From: a virus
DNA length: 64,000 bases
Virus record (IMG/VR): IMGVR_UViG_3300037258_000352
Location: 32,001 to 96,000 of that record
Strand: one strand, 5' to 3'
The translations under genes were made by a program, and so were the position numbers. Below the pieces are notes generated by a model, which worked only from the letters and a program-made list of their open reading frames with translations, did not search any database and was not told the origin of the DNA. Below, one piece after another: positions 40,253 through 50,513 of this stretch (position 1 is the first letter of the stretch; each line of letters opens with the position of its first letter).

Positions 40253-41047
40253 TCATTTCGTGGCCTCCACGATCAGGGTGTGGATATCGGTCCCGACCGA
40301 TCGAAACGCCCCGACCGGTGCTTGCCGGAACGTGCCCCCGACCTCCTCGATCAGCGCCCGGGTCGCGGCGATGGGGCGTTGCCGCCCGTACCCCAGTGAG
40401 GGCGGCACGATCGCCCGTAGCTGCCCACCGGGGAGGAGCCGGTCCCACGCGAGGGCCAGGTGCTGCGCCCACGCGTACCGCTGCCCCGGCAGGGTAAACG
40501 GGGGGTTCATGACGACCGCGTCGAACCGGATCCCCGCCGGGCCCGCGAACTCCGCGTAGTCCTCCAGGGTGCCGTCCCACACGTGCATCCCCACCGGCCC
40601 GTTACGCCGTAGATAGGTCCTACGGACGGGGTCCGGTTCCACCGCAGTGATGTGGACCGCGAGGTACCGGTCCCGGATGGCGCGGACCAAGGCCCCGTCA
40701 CCAGCTGACGGTTCCAGCACCCGCGCCCCGGCGGGCAGGTCCAACCCGTCGACGAGCTCCGTAGCTAGTTCGGGTGGGGTCGGCCAGTAGGACATTTCCT
40801 TATCCCGGTACGCCGACGGGGGTGGTAGGACCGTGACCCCCGTCAGCGTCTGCAGGTCCGGGCGAGGGTCCCGCTGGTACACGAACGCTCGCTCCCGGGT
40901 GTCCCAGTGACCACCGCCGGCGAGCCGGGGCAGGACCTGGTGGACCTCGATGTAGGTGGTGCGGTCGGTGATGATGGGGGTGCGGATCGTGTTGTGGTCC
41001 GCGACCGCGCCGCACAGGACATCGTGCGCGGCCTGTGACAAAGTCAT
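40253..41047 (-). CDS. SAM-dependent (probably adenine DNA) methyltransferase
   Basis: PTP, VLEPSAGDG, VMNPPF. Confidence 0.85.
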   Translation of the reverse strand: MTLSQAAHDVLCGAVADHNTIRTPIITDRTTYIEVHQVLPRLAGGGHWDTRERAFVYQRDPRPDLQTLTGVTVLPPPSAYRDKEMSYWPTPPELATELVDGLDLPAGARVLEPSAGDGALVRAIRDRYLAVHITAVEPDPVRRTYLRRNGPVGMHVWDGTLEDYAEFAGPAGIRFDAVVMNPPFTLPGQRYAWAQHLALAWDRLLPGGQLRAIVPPSLGYGRQRPIAATRALIEEVGGTFRQAPVGAFRSVGTDIHTLIVEATK

Positions 41048-42081
41048 CACGGAGTCACCTCCTGCGGGGTGTCGGTGAGCTCGTCGAGGTCGAGGGTGTC
41101 TTCGGGTGGTGTCGCCGGCTCGTGAGCGGTGATCTTGTCGACGGGGACCTTGTCGTTCCACGAGTAGTCCGTTTTGACGCTCACAGTCACTTTGTTGACC
41201 TTGACGACCTCACGCCATCCACCCCAGTACTTGATCAGGTCACCGGGTTTGATCACCGACAGGTCCACCGGGTTGAAACGCCCCGCCGCGATCTCACCGG
41301 CGAGGAACTCCTGCCAGTACCGGATCTGCTCATCCAAATACGCGACCCGGATCAGGACCTGCTCCCGGTGCGTTCCCGTCGCTGGGCCGTGCTCGAACAC
41401 GTACACCGGCTGGCGCTTACCGTCCAGTGAGCGGTTGGTGTACCCGTCGAGGGTCCGTTGGTCCCGCCGCCGGTCCGCTTCCAACGTCTTGAGCCGGCGC
41501 ATCACGGTCCCGTGGTTCTCCCGGTGCCGCATGTGGTTCGCTGCGGACTCCGCACCCTGCGCGGCGCGCGCTGCTTCCTCCCCGGCCTCGATCGACTTCC
41601 GTTGGTGACCGTCCATGCGCTTGAGGTCCCGGCGGTGACCCCGCTCGGAGTGGTGGCCCCGCAGGATCGGTTGACCCATGGGGATCCCGTCCGCGATTTC
41701 CTGCGCCGCAGCCCACCGCGAGTCGGCCTCACTCTGCTTCCGGGCGGCTTTCGCGGCGAGCGCGTCGGCCCGGTCATCCATGTGTTCGGCGCGGTCGGCT
41801 TCGGATTCCTCCATTGAACGGGGTGGGGCCTCGACCTCGATTTCCACCTCGAACCCAGCTTCGCGGAGCACGTCGGCGGTGGCCTCGAATAAACCAAGGT
41901 TCGGGGCCCGGTCGCGGGAGTGTGAGACGCCGATCATGCGGATCGACGGCATGTACCTCCATCCCCGGATCCGGAACGTGGCCTGAGCTGCTTTGATCGC
42001 TTCCCACGCCCCGTCGCCCTTACAGGTCCCGTCTAGCAGGGTGCCGTCGGCGGCGGTGTGCACGATCCGTAGCGCGCTCAC
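41047..42081 (-). CDS. DUF3560 domain protein
   Basis: IPMGQPILRGHHSERGHRRD. Confidence 0.85.
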   Translation of the reverse strand: MSALRIVHTAADGTLLDGTCKGDGAWEAIKAAQATFRIRGWRYMPSIRMIGVSHSRDRAPNLGLFEATADVLREAGFEVEIEVEAPPRSMEESEADRAEHMDDRADALAAKAARKQSEADSRWAAAQEIADGIPMGQPILRGHHSERGHRRDLKRMDGHQRKSIEAGEEAARAAQGAESAANHMRHRENHGTVMRRLKTLEADRRRDQRTLDGYTNRSLDGKRQPVYVFEHGPATGTHREQVLIRVAYLDEQIRYWQEFLAGEIAAGRFNPVDLSVIKPGDLIKYWGGWREVVKVNKVTVSVKTDYSWNDKVPVDKITAHEPATPPEDTLDLDELTDTPQEVTP

Positions 42082-42451
42082 AGTAGGACTGCCACATCGA
42101 ACCGTGCGTCCACGACGAGTTCCTTCGCGATGACGTTGACCGCGCAACCGGGGCACAGCAGCTCATAACCGGGGATCGACACGGTTCCGAGCCCGTGGGC
42201 GGTGTCGTCGGAGCACCGGACGTATGTCCGGACCTGGGTGCCGTTGGGGGCGGTGAGGGCCTCCGCGTTGACGACCCAGTCCAACCCGGACAGGGCGTTG
42301 AGGCTGTCGATGGTGTTCTGCTGGTCGTTTCCTGCGCGGGTGGCCATCCCGATCGCTGACTCGACTATGGGGTCGAGGCCGGTTGTGAATCCCGTGTCCA
42401 TTGCTAGTGTCCCTCCGTGTCGTCCGGGTCCGTCACCCGGTGTCTACCTGT

Positions 42452-42479
42452 GTATCGCTGACCACCGACGGGGTGTTAC
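42452..42479 (-). promoter_or_regulatory. ECF promoter GTAAC-N17-CGATAC
   Basis: Exact motif followed by hairpin leader. Confidence 0.75.
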
Positions 42480-42481
42480 AC

Positions 42482-42892
42482 CTAGCTTCGACGGTCCCGT
42501 AGGGCGAGGAGTTGCCCGATCTTTCGGCGCGCAGCGGGACCGGGGTTGTGGATGTCTCGTCTCCCGTGCTCCGCTGCGGCCGCGCCGCTGCCGAACAGTG
42601 CCACCGGGGACACGTAGTCCAGGACCGCGTCGAGGTCGATGGGGTCGGGGTGGACCCGGATCGCGAGGTTCTCCCGCATGTCGTGGCAGCCGACCCACCC
42701 GGCGCACAGGTGCCCGTCCTGTTGGTGGCAGAAGAACGCACCGGTCGCGCCGTCGATGGCCTGCTCCGCGATCGAGCCGTCGAAGCGGGGCAGCTTGTCG
42801 TACTCCTCCGCAGTCCACAGGCCGGAGGGGACGTCCCGCCGGTAGGGGCACGACGCGCACGGCCGTTGCCTGGGTGTGACCTGGTCAGCCAC
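42482..42892 (-). CDS. DUF6283-like Cys-rich protein
   Basis: PCASCPYRRDVPSG.W..EEY.KL, FFCHQ, CAGW..CH. Confidence 0.7.
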   Translation of the reverse strand: MADQVTPRQRPCASCPYRRDVPSGLWTAEEYDKLPRFDGSIAEQAIDGATGAFFCHQQDGHLCAGWVGCHDMRENLAIRVHPDPIDLDAVLDYVSPVALFGSGAAAAEHGRRDIHNPGPAARRKIGQLLALRDRRS

Positions 42893-43569
42893 CGTCGGTC
42901 ACCCGCGTCGCGGTCCCTCCGGACAAGCCGGTCCCGGGCCCACCGACCGAGTAGGTGGAGCCCACGGGGTGGGCGTCGTAGTCGGGTTTGGGGACGCAGG
43001 TCCGCATGAACGCCCCACCATCCATCCCCGCCGCCGGCGGCAGCGTCATCCCCAGGGACCAGCAGTCCCCGTCGGGGTGATAGGCGCCGTGGTCGGTGAC
43101 GGTCCACATCATCACCGGGGGTGCGGGGATGTCGCAGGGGTGGGACTGGCCGTCCGCGGGGACGTGGAAGCAGTCCGGGGCCGCGGTGTCCTGCGCTGGT
43201 GGGGTCGCGGGCGCGGCCGGTGTGGCGGGCGGCTGGTTGTAGGTCGCGGCCCAGAACAGGGCCGCGGCGATGATCAGGGCCTTAACCCACCAGGGGATTC
43301 GCTTGAGCATGTGGATCACGTCCCGAGGATCTGTTGGGCGGTGACCGCTGCTGCGTCGCTTCCTTCGTTGTCGAGCTGGTCAAACAACCTAGTGGCGATT
43401 TCGGGCCGGCCAGTCGCTTGGGCGTGTTCGTAAGCGATTTGGATCGTGTCTAGCTTGCTGTCGCCCCACATAGCTACCTCCGTGTCTGCGGGTTCCGCAA
43501 CCCGCCCTTGACGTTACACGTGGGAGGGGCCCGCGACAACCTTCCGGCTGCGGCGGGCCCCCCGGGTGT

Positions 43570-43597
43570 TACTTGAGTAGCGGTACTTGAGTAGCGG
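43570..43597. repeat. 14-bp tandem duplication TACTTGAGTAGCGG x2
   Basis: Direct observation. Confidence 0.8.
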
Positions 43598-44218
43598 TCA
43601 GCCGACCTTCGTCCACGGAGCGCAACCCGAAGTGGTGAATCCAGCATCGCCGGCCGCGATAGTGACCGTCGCCTGACCCTTCGTCAGATCACTCGCCTTA
43701 ATAGCCGACAGATCACCTGACAGATTCGACAGTCGGGCGTGGTAGCACATTGGGATCGCAGCCTCAGCCGGTCCCGCGGACTGCCACGTCCCCGGGGTCA
43801 TCTGGGCGGGCACGGTGTACGTGCCGTCCCCACCGATCGGGGAGCTCGGGTCGGTGCGGTCCGCGACCGGCGCGGACACACTCGGCAGAGCGGACATGCT
43901 CGGCAGGTCACCGTTGTGGATCGCGGTCGCGGTGTGCCCGGCGACGGCGATTGTCGCGGCGGTGACGACGATCCCGACCAGCGCGGCGATCGCACCGAGG
44001 ACGATCCCGGCGATGCTGTGGCCCTTGTTCGTGGCCTGGCCGGCTTCGGCGCGGCGCATACCGAGCCACCCGAACACCAACGCGAGACCAGCCAGGATGA
44101 TCCCGAACACGGGGACCCAGCAGAACACGAGACCCACGATCCCCAGGACCAGGGCAGCGGTGCCGTACCCGTTACGTGGTGCTGTTGCGGGTGCGGGTGA
44201 AGCAGTTACAGTTTCCAT
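43598..44218 (-). CDS. DUF4190-like membrane protein with extracellular domain
   Basis: NGYGTAALVLGIVG..ATNKG.SIAGIVLG; GDGTY.V..PGTW. Confidence 0.75.
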   Translation of the reverse strand: METVTASPAPATAPRNGYGTAALVLGIVGLVFCWVPVFGIILAGLALVFGWLGMRRAEAGQATNKGHSIAGIVLGAIAALVGIVVTAATIAVAGHTATAIHNGDLPSMSALPSVSAPVADRTDPSSPIGGDGTYTVPAQMTPGTWQSAGPAEAAIPMCYHARLSNLSGDLSAIKASDLTKGQATVTIAAGDAGFTTSGCAPWTKVG

Positions 44219-44297
44219 TGCAGTTCCTCCTTGGTGTGACGGGCCAGCCGGTCCGTTCTAGTGGGTTCCGGCTGGTCACCGTCCGTTGACATCCCCT

Positions 44298-44325
44298 GTA
44301 TCGGCGCTCACTCTCTGGGCGTTAC
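44298..44325 (-). promoter_or_regulatory. ECF promoter GTAAC-N17-CGATAC
   Basis: Exact motif; -35 overlaps TAA stop at 44322. Confidence 0.75.
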
Positions 44326-45122
44326 ACCGGGAGCTGGGGAGCGTCTTCTTTCTTCTTCACTGGCAGCGCGGGCTCGAACACCCGGACCTGGGTGCCATGG
44401 TGCTGACCGTTGTCCTCGTCGAGCTTCGCCGCGCCGAACGCCGCGTGCCACATTGACCCGACCTCCACGACCACCGGTCGCCGTTGGTGGTTCTGGTACA
44501 GCGCGGGGGTCATCTTCCGGCGGTTCGCGACCTTCGCGATGATCTCCAGTGACCCCGCGTCGAGCCCATACCCAGCACTGGCCGGGATCGGGTTCCGATG
44601 GTCGTCCTGGGGGACGATCGACGGGTCCGGCTCCAGCATCCGCGTAATACCGGTGGGGTAGTCGTCGAGGTCCTGCAGCGGGACGACCATCGAAATCCCC
44701 CGAGCTCGGGTGGTGCGGTCCTCGGACACCGTCAACGTGTCCCCGGTGATCTCGATCCGGGTTTGGTGGGGAACACCCTTCGGGGCGGTTTTCCCTTTCG
44801 CGGTGAACGTTTTGATCAGAGACTGCGCGTCCTGCACCGTGACCAAAACCGGTTTGTGGAGCCGACCATCGCAGGGGCAGTGCCCTTGGGAGGCTACGGT
44901 GAATCCGTTGGTGCTCGTGGCGATCAACACATCCGACGGGACCGTGTCGATCAGGGTCGCCCCGTCGTCCTCATCTTCGGACGTGAACACGACGTCGGTG
45001 TAATCAGTGCTCAGCAACACCGTCGCCAGGGTCGGGAACTCATCCGGTGTGTCACACGCGGTCAACACCGCGTCCGTGAGTAGACCCGTGAACTCCCGAG
45101 TCGATAACGATAAACCACTCAT
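44322..45122 (-). CDS. Hypothetical protein, possibly beta-clamp-like fold
   Basis: P.L..V.L, L.ATSTN, DYP pattern. Confidence 0.45.
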   Translation of the reverse strand: MSGLSLSTREFTGLLTDAVLTACDTPDEFPTLATVLLSTDYTDVVFTSEDEDDGATLIDTVPSDVLIATSTNGFTVASQGHCPCDGRLHKPVLVTVQDAQSLIKTFTAKGKTAPKGVPHQTRIEITGDTLTVSEDRTTRARGISMVVPLQDLDDYPTGITRMLEPDPSIVPQDDHRNPIPASAGYGLDAGSLEIIAKVANRRKMTPALYQNHQRRPVVVEVGSMWHAAFGAAKLDEDNGQHHGTQVRVFEPALPVKKKEDAPQLPV

Positions 45123-45613
45123 AACATGCTCCTATCTGGGTTGCCATCCGCGAATATTCGGCAGTGTCGCCCGACGACGATCCCGTCGGCGAGCCATTCC
45201 GCGTGGCCCTCATCAGCGAGCCACCGAACCTGGTCGGGGTCAAGCCACCCCGGGTCAACCAGCAGAAGATGATCGGTTTTCTGCTGGTGATGCACCCGAC
45301 AGAACGGGGTCCCGTTCTCCACGATCGACGGGCCACCCTGTCCCCGGGCGATCAGGTGGTCCATCTGCACCGGCATCGGGTGGGGGCAGTCGGGTACTCG
45401 GCACCACTCACCACGGAGCTCCACACAGTCCGCGCGCCACTGTGAGTCGTTGCGCCGCGGCGACCGGCGGGTGGGTCGCGGTTTGGGTTCCCGGGGTGTC
45501 GGCACCGTCCGGCGGGTGAACGCGGCCAGCCGGGACCGGTCCTGCCACGCCCGGTGGGTTTCCATGTTCGCGGTGAGCCCCGTCAACCGGGTCAGCGGGC
45601 CGGAGCGTTTCAC
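45119..45613 (-). CDS. HNH endonuclease
   Basis: C...C, DHLIARGQGG....N....C..HH. Confidence 0.75.
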   Translation of the reverse strand: MKRSGPLTRLTGLTANMETHRAWQDRSRLAAFTRRTVPTPREPKPRPTRRSPRRNDSQWRADCVELRGEWCRVPDCPHPMPVQMDHLIARGQGGPSIVENGTPFCRVHHQQKTDHLLLVDPGWLDPDQVRWLADEGHAEWLADGIVVGRHCRIFADGNPDRSML

Positions 45614-46644
45614 GCTGCACCGACCAGCAGCAGGAACCCGCACCCCACGATGACCCACAGGGCAACGGTCGGGGTGAACCACTCCGGGAGCTTCGCCGTC
45701 AGCCACGCATCGAACCGGCCGGTCATTCCGGAGTCACCACCCCGAATGGTGACCCCTCAGCGTGTGGTTCCAACGCCAACAGCGCCCGCCCAAGCTCGTG
45801 GGCCTCTGTGAGGGTCATCGACACCGCCGCCGCGCACCGCGGGGCCACGATCCCCACCCCCACGGTCCCGTCGCCGCGCATCACGATCCCCAACGACCGC
45901 TGATCCGAGGTGACGCAATCCTCGGTGAGGGACGCCATCGACCACCGGTAGTGCCGGCCGTCGAGGAGCCAGTACGCGTCCGCGATCCGGATCCCGGTGG
46001 GCTCGGTCATGACGAACCACCGGTGACCGGGTCCACCGTGACGGGTCTGGTCGTGAGCGTCACCGACCGGATCCGCCGGGACGGAACGAGGACCTCCACG
46101 GAGTCCCCGGTCCGGATCGACACCACCCCGTCCGGGTCCCCGACACCGGTGAGGAGGTCCCCCCGCAGACCTTCGTACGCCGACGCGGTGTACGCATCCC
46201 ACGGTGAGGTCAGGGCCCGGTCTCCCCACGTCCGTTCGATGACGATCTGGACTTCAACTGGTGGCAGCATCGGTCGCGGGGTCGTCATCCCCGCGAACAT
46301 TCTTGTGGTCATCAGTACTCCCTTCGTAGTGACGTGTTGCGGGTGTCGGCTTGATTCGCCGCGCGTGCTTGGAGATCCAGCAACACCGGCGGGACCATTA
46401 GTGGAGCAACGAGCCCCGGTGCTGGCCCGTGGTGGCACCGGAACGGGGCGTGTTCTACTCTGATCACTGAGCGGGTCGGGTGTCCGCTCACGTGGCCCCA
46501 CCGGGCCTGCCGCCTCCGCAGCGGATAGTGAACCGACACCCCCTGCTCAGGGCCTCCGGGTCGGTTTGGTGTTGGAAGATTGAGCAGCCCCCGAGGCGGC
46601 TCCTCCTCCGTGTCGCACCAAACCACCGGAGGCCCATCCCCGTT

Positions 46645-47775
46645 TCAGTCCCCCGCGGCGTCCTCCGGTGCCGAGGGTGGTTCCTGCGCCAGTTCCTCGA
46701 GCGTGACCATCAGATCACCAACCAAGCGGTGCTGACGCATCAACGACACCATGTATCCGACCTGGTCGGAGGTCAGGTCCGTGACCGCCTTGAGTGGTTC
46801 AGGTAAGTCCAGGGCCCGGGTGAGGATCCGGAGCCGCTTCTCCCGCTGCTTACCCTCGGTCCCGATCCCCGCAGCGAGGAACAGGTCGTACATCATCTGG
46901 ACCCGCTCCGTAGCGTCGTCCGGGATCGGCGCCAGATCCGCCGAGTCCACCACCTCGTTCTCCCCGGCCGGCGGCTCCACCGACGAGATCTGCACCGGGC
47001 CCACTGCCGCGACGGTGGCGGGGAACTCCTCGTCGATGGTGGACGCCCCGTCCCGGATCTGGGAGTAGGCCTCCAACAGTTCCGCGAGGTCCAACGCGTC
47101 CCATTCGTTGGTGGGTCGGCCACCGAGCCGCGCGACGAGCCGTTCCTTCCGGACCCCGAGCTCCTCCCACTTCCCGACCGCGTTACGGATCTTCTGGGGC
47201 ATCGGGACGGTGCCACCACCAGTCAACGTCTGGTGACACAACTCGACGGCGCGGTCCACGAACCACAGGGGCAGGATCGTCGCGATCGTTTCCCGCAGGT
47301 GCCGCGACGCGATACTCGTGTTGTTCGTCATGATCGACCCCATGTCGGTGAGGTCCTCCGGACCGGTATCAGACTTGTCCCGTTTGTGTTCCACGACCAC
47401 GATCCGCGACGACCGGGAGTTTTTCTGCGCGTCCCACGCGTAAGCCAGCAACTCCGACTTACCTGGGGTGCGGGACAGCTCAGCCATGCCCCATTGCGTG
47501 TTACCCCAAATCCGGGCCAACTCTTTCATGAGGTGGATCGTGGGACCGGTGATCTGCTTCCCACCCTTAGGGACTTTGTAGATCGCTTTCCGGGCCATCG
47601 CCGGCAGGCGGCACAGTTGCTCCATCTCCTCCTGCACCGCCACCAAATCCCGGGGGACTTGCTGCGCGACGAGGATCGCGGCGTACACCTCCGCGGCGAC
47701 CCGGTTCCCCTCGATCATCGTGCTCTGGCTCGCTGCCCCGTGCGCACCGTGGGGAAGAGCAACGCTCGTTGTCAT
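46645..47775 (-). CDS. Recombination/ssDNA-annealing partner (RecT-equivalent)
   Basis: A...PRD, GPTIHL..ELAR.WGN; adjacent to RecE-like gene. Confidence 0.6.
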   Translation of the reverse strand: MTTSVALPHGAHGAASQSTMIEGNRVAAEVYAAILVAQQVPRDLVAVQEEMEQLCRLPAMARKAIYKVPKGGKQITGPTIHLMKELARIWGNTQWGMAELSRTPGKSELLAYAWDAQKNSRSSRIVVVEHKRDKSDTGPEDLTDMGSIMTNNTSIASRHLRETIATILPLWFVDRAVELCHQTLTGGGTVPMPQKIRNAVGKWEELGVRKERLVARLGGRPTNEWDALDLAELLEAYSQIRDGASTIDEEFPATVAAVGPVQISSVEPPAGENEVVDSADLAPIPDDATERVQMMYDLFLAAGIGTEGKQREKRLRILTRALDLPEPLKAVTDLTSDQVGYMVSLMRQHRLVGDLMVTLEELAQEPPSAPEDAAGD

Positions 47776-47776
47776 G

Positions 47777-48691
47777 TCAGTTTCCCTCCGTGTCGTTACT
47801 GGTATCGAGTGCTCCGCTTTCCCACGCGTTCTCTAACCGCTTCTCCGTCCACCTCGGCAACGCTAGGGACACCACCCCCGCCGGGTACCCGGGCCATACT
47901 CCGGTGCGGGTGCATTCCCGGTAGGTGTCGATCGCTTTCCGGTTCAGAACTCTCCCCCACTGGATCGCTTCCGGCTCGGGTTGCGCGACCCGTACTAAAT
48001 AGGGGGGGTCCGACATTTGGAACACCAGCAGGAACACCACCCCCGCCGGTCCGACCAGACCGAGGGCCTCCGCGGCGTCGATGTACCACGCGCCCTGCTG
48101 GGCGTAGCCGTAGGTCGCCATCGTTTTTTCCATCGCGGTGACGTCGACACCTACCGTAGTTTTATAGTCGCAGATGATCATCGGGTCGGTGTCATCACCG
48201 GGGATGACCAGGTCCAACCGGGCCCGCCGCCACACCTCGAACTCGTAGTCCACCCAGAACATCGACTGCTCCACCGCACCCCGACCTGGGTGGAACAGGG
48301 CACGGGCGTCGGGGTTCGCGCGGAGCACCGACTCCATTTCCCGGGTCCGGGCGTAGTCCCGGAGCAGCATCGGGACCCGGCCTGCGGCGTGCGCGAAGGC
48401 CTTCTGCTGCTGCGCGGCTTTGGTTTTCCAGTCGTCCGCGTCGACGACGACGATGGGGGACCCGACGCCGAGCATCCGCCAGTGCGCGGCGGTCCCGAAG
48501 TCCATCGCCTTGGTCCGAGGGCCGGTGCGGTGCCGCCAGTGATGGAACAACGCGGGGCACGACGGGGGCAGCAACCGGCGCGCACCTGATGACGACAGGG
48601 ACCCACCCGGGACCAAGTCCCGGTGGTAGTCCTCATCGGTCATGTCGTACACACCGGGGGTGTCGATGATGACCTGCTCGACAGTGGTCAC
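47777..48691 (-). CDS. RecE/exonuclease VIII-like PD-(D/E)XK nuclease
   Basis: YH, LSSSG, GTAAH, RARLD, DYKTT, Y..Q.AWY. Confidence 0.88.
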   Translation of the reverse strand: MTTVEQVIIDTPGVYDMTDEDYHRDLVPGGSLSSSGARRLLPPSCPALFHHWRHRTGPRTKAMDFGTAAHWRMLGVGSPIVVVDADDWKTKAAQQQKAFAHAAGRVPMLLRDYARTREMESVLRANPDARALFHPGRGAVEQSMFWVDYEFEVWRRARLDLVIPGDDTDPMIICDYKTTVGVDVTAMEKTMATYGYAQQGAWYIDAAEALGLVGPAGVVFLLVFQMSDPPYLVRVAQPEPEAIQWGRVLNRKAIDTYRECTRTGVWPGYPAGVVSLALPRWTEKRLENAWESGALDTSNDTEGN

Positions 48692-49419
48692 CTGGGGTCC
48701 GCGTGGCTGAATGGGACCTCGATAACGGTGGGTCGCGGGGTGGGGACAGACAGGTCCATCACCGAGTCCACCGCGAGGACCGCGGCGATGCACTCCGTCA
48801 AATCCCGGCGCAACTCCGGGGACAACCGCAGCCGGTACTTCGGAGCGGGCCGGGACTCGAACTCAAATACGGTCTGGGTCTCATGCCACCGCTGCCGTAA
48901 CCGCGCGGGGAACGCCCAACTCTGGGCGTCGGCGTCACCTTCTACGTCGCGGACGCACCACACCAGCATCTGGTCCGGGCGGGCCAGCGACGGCCGGACC
49001 CCGTCGGCGCGGAGAACGGGGATCCCTTGGAACGTCCACCCACCCGGTTCCCACCGCACCAAACGGATCGGGGGAACTGTTTTATCGGATCGGGAATCGG
49101 TTGCGTACCTGGCCCGTAGTTCAGCGTCGGGGGGTAACGCTGGCATGTATCGAACGTCGAGCCCATCCGCGACTACCCACGGGTACGCGGATGCGTAACT
49201 CAACGGCACCCCAGGTCGGCGGCTGATCACACCCTTATCCCGGAGGGAGTCGATGATGTTCCCCACGTTCTGTCGGGATGTCCCCCATTCTTGGGCGATC
49301 TCTCCGGAACTTTTCCCGGCGCGCATAGCGTCGAGGAGTTGCCATTCCCGGGTGGACAGGTCTATGGGCACAGACGCCTCCTGCGTGTCAGATGGTTGGA
49401 GCGCGACAAGCCCCATCAT
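48688..49419 (-). CDS. HTH DNA-binding protein
   Basis: LSTREWQLL..GKSSGEIA..GTSRQNV..L..KG. Confidence 0.65.
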   Translation of the reverse strand: MMGLVALQPSDTQEASVPIDLSTREWQLLDAMRAGKSSGEIAQEWGTSRQNVGNIIDSLRDKGVISRRPGVPLSYASAYPWVVADGLDVRYMPALPPDAELRARYATDSRSDKTVPPIRLVRWEPGGWTFQGIPVLRADGVRPSLARPDQMLVWCVRDVEGDADAQSWAFPARLRQRWHETQTVFEFESRPAPKYRLRLSPELRRDLTECIAAVLAVDSVMDLSVPTPRPTVIEVPFSHADPR

Positions 49420-49754
49420 TTGGTCCCTCCGTGTCTGCCGGTCCGCTACCGACGCTTACCGCATGATCCTACACCTGCACCCACTACCTGACTATGTGTT
49501 GGGGGTGTCGGTGAGGTAGTAACCGACACCCGTCCCGCGCTTGCACAGGGCCTCGTACCAACCCCACCCGGCGCGCCGGGCGACCGGATGCTCGTGACGC
49601 TGCGTGCAATACGGGCACAGGACGACCCCAACCATCCACCGCCCCAACCCCGGATCCCCGGGGTCCCGGTCCTCGATCTCCGAGGAGTAGGTGTTCACCC
49701 GACGCCCGGGGTCCTCATCGAAACCGACCGTCGGGTGATCACCCATGTACCGGA

Positions 49755-50513
49755 TCACCCGACGCCACCGAACGTGAGGACACCCTGCGACAGTCGGGCT
49801 GTCACCGCCCGTTCACACTGCGCTTCCCGCTTCTCGAACCCGATCGCACGCCGGCCCGTCGCTCGAGCTGCGACCAGCGTGGAGCAGCTACCAGCGAAGC
49901 AATCAAGGATCAGACCACCCAGTGGACAGCCGTATTCAATCAGAGGCTCAAGGATCCCCCGTGGCTTCTCAGTCTCGTTAATAGCGGTGCCGTGCATGGA
50001 TCGTGAGTAGATGACCGAGCCCATCATGCGAGGACCACCGTTGTGACTCACATAGGAACCAGAGTCGATGTGCCCGGTGTGGGCCGGTTGTGCCTTGCGA
50101 CGGACCTGCTTCTTGACTGCATCCTGCGTCGTTGGGGCGAGATGGTGAACGTCCGACCACGGACCTCGGTACCAGTGCGTTGCGTGCTCATGCATTCGCC
50201 GGAATCGGTCAGCGTGGAACGTTGACCCGTTGTGCTTCTCCCACACCACGTCCTGCGAGAACTTCCAGCCCGTGAACTCATCCCGCCTATCGAGGAACAT
50301 CCGCATCGACCCGAAACACCACATCGAGTTCCCCGGGATCAGCGACGGCCACCCAGCGGGCCACCGGTCCCAATCCAGACTCGTCTCCCCGTACGGGGGA
50401 TCACACACGGTGAGGTCCGGGACGATCCCCAACTCGGGGAGGATGTCCCGGAAGTCCCCGCAGTACAACGTGACCTCGTCGTCGGCGTAGTAGGGCTCCG
50501 GGCGGGTCACCAT
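49755..50513 (-). CDS. DNA N4-cytosine/N6-adenine methyltransferase
   Basis: DPPY, TEKP, ILDCFAGS.ST. Confidence 0.9.
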   Translation of the reverse strand: MVTRPEPYYADDEVTLYCGDFRDILPELGIVPDLTVCDPPYGETSLDWDRWPAGWPSLIPGNSMWCFGSMRMFLDRRDEFTGWKFSQDVVWEKHNGSTFHADRFRRMHEHATHWYRGPWSDVHHLAPTTQDAVKKQVRRKAQPAHTGHIDSGSYVSHNGGPRMMGSVIYSRSMHGTAINETEKPRGILEPLIEYGCPLGGLILDCFAGSCSTLVAARATGRRAIGFEKREAQCERAVTARLSQGVLTFGGVG

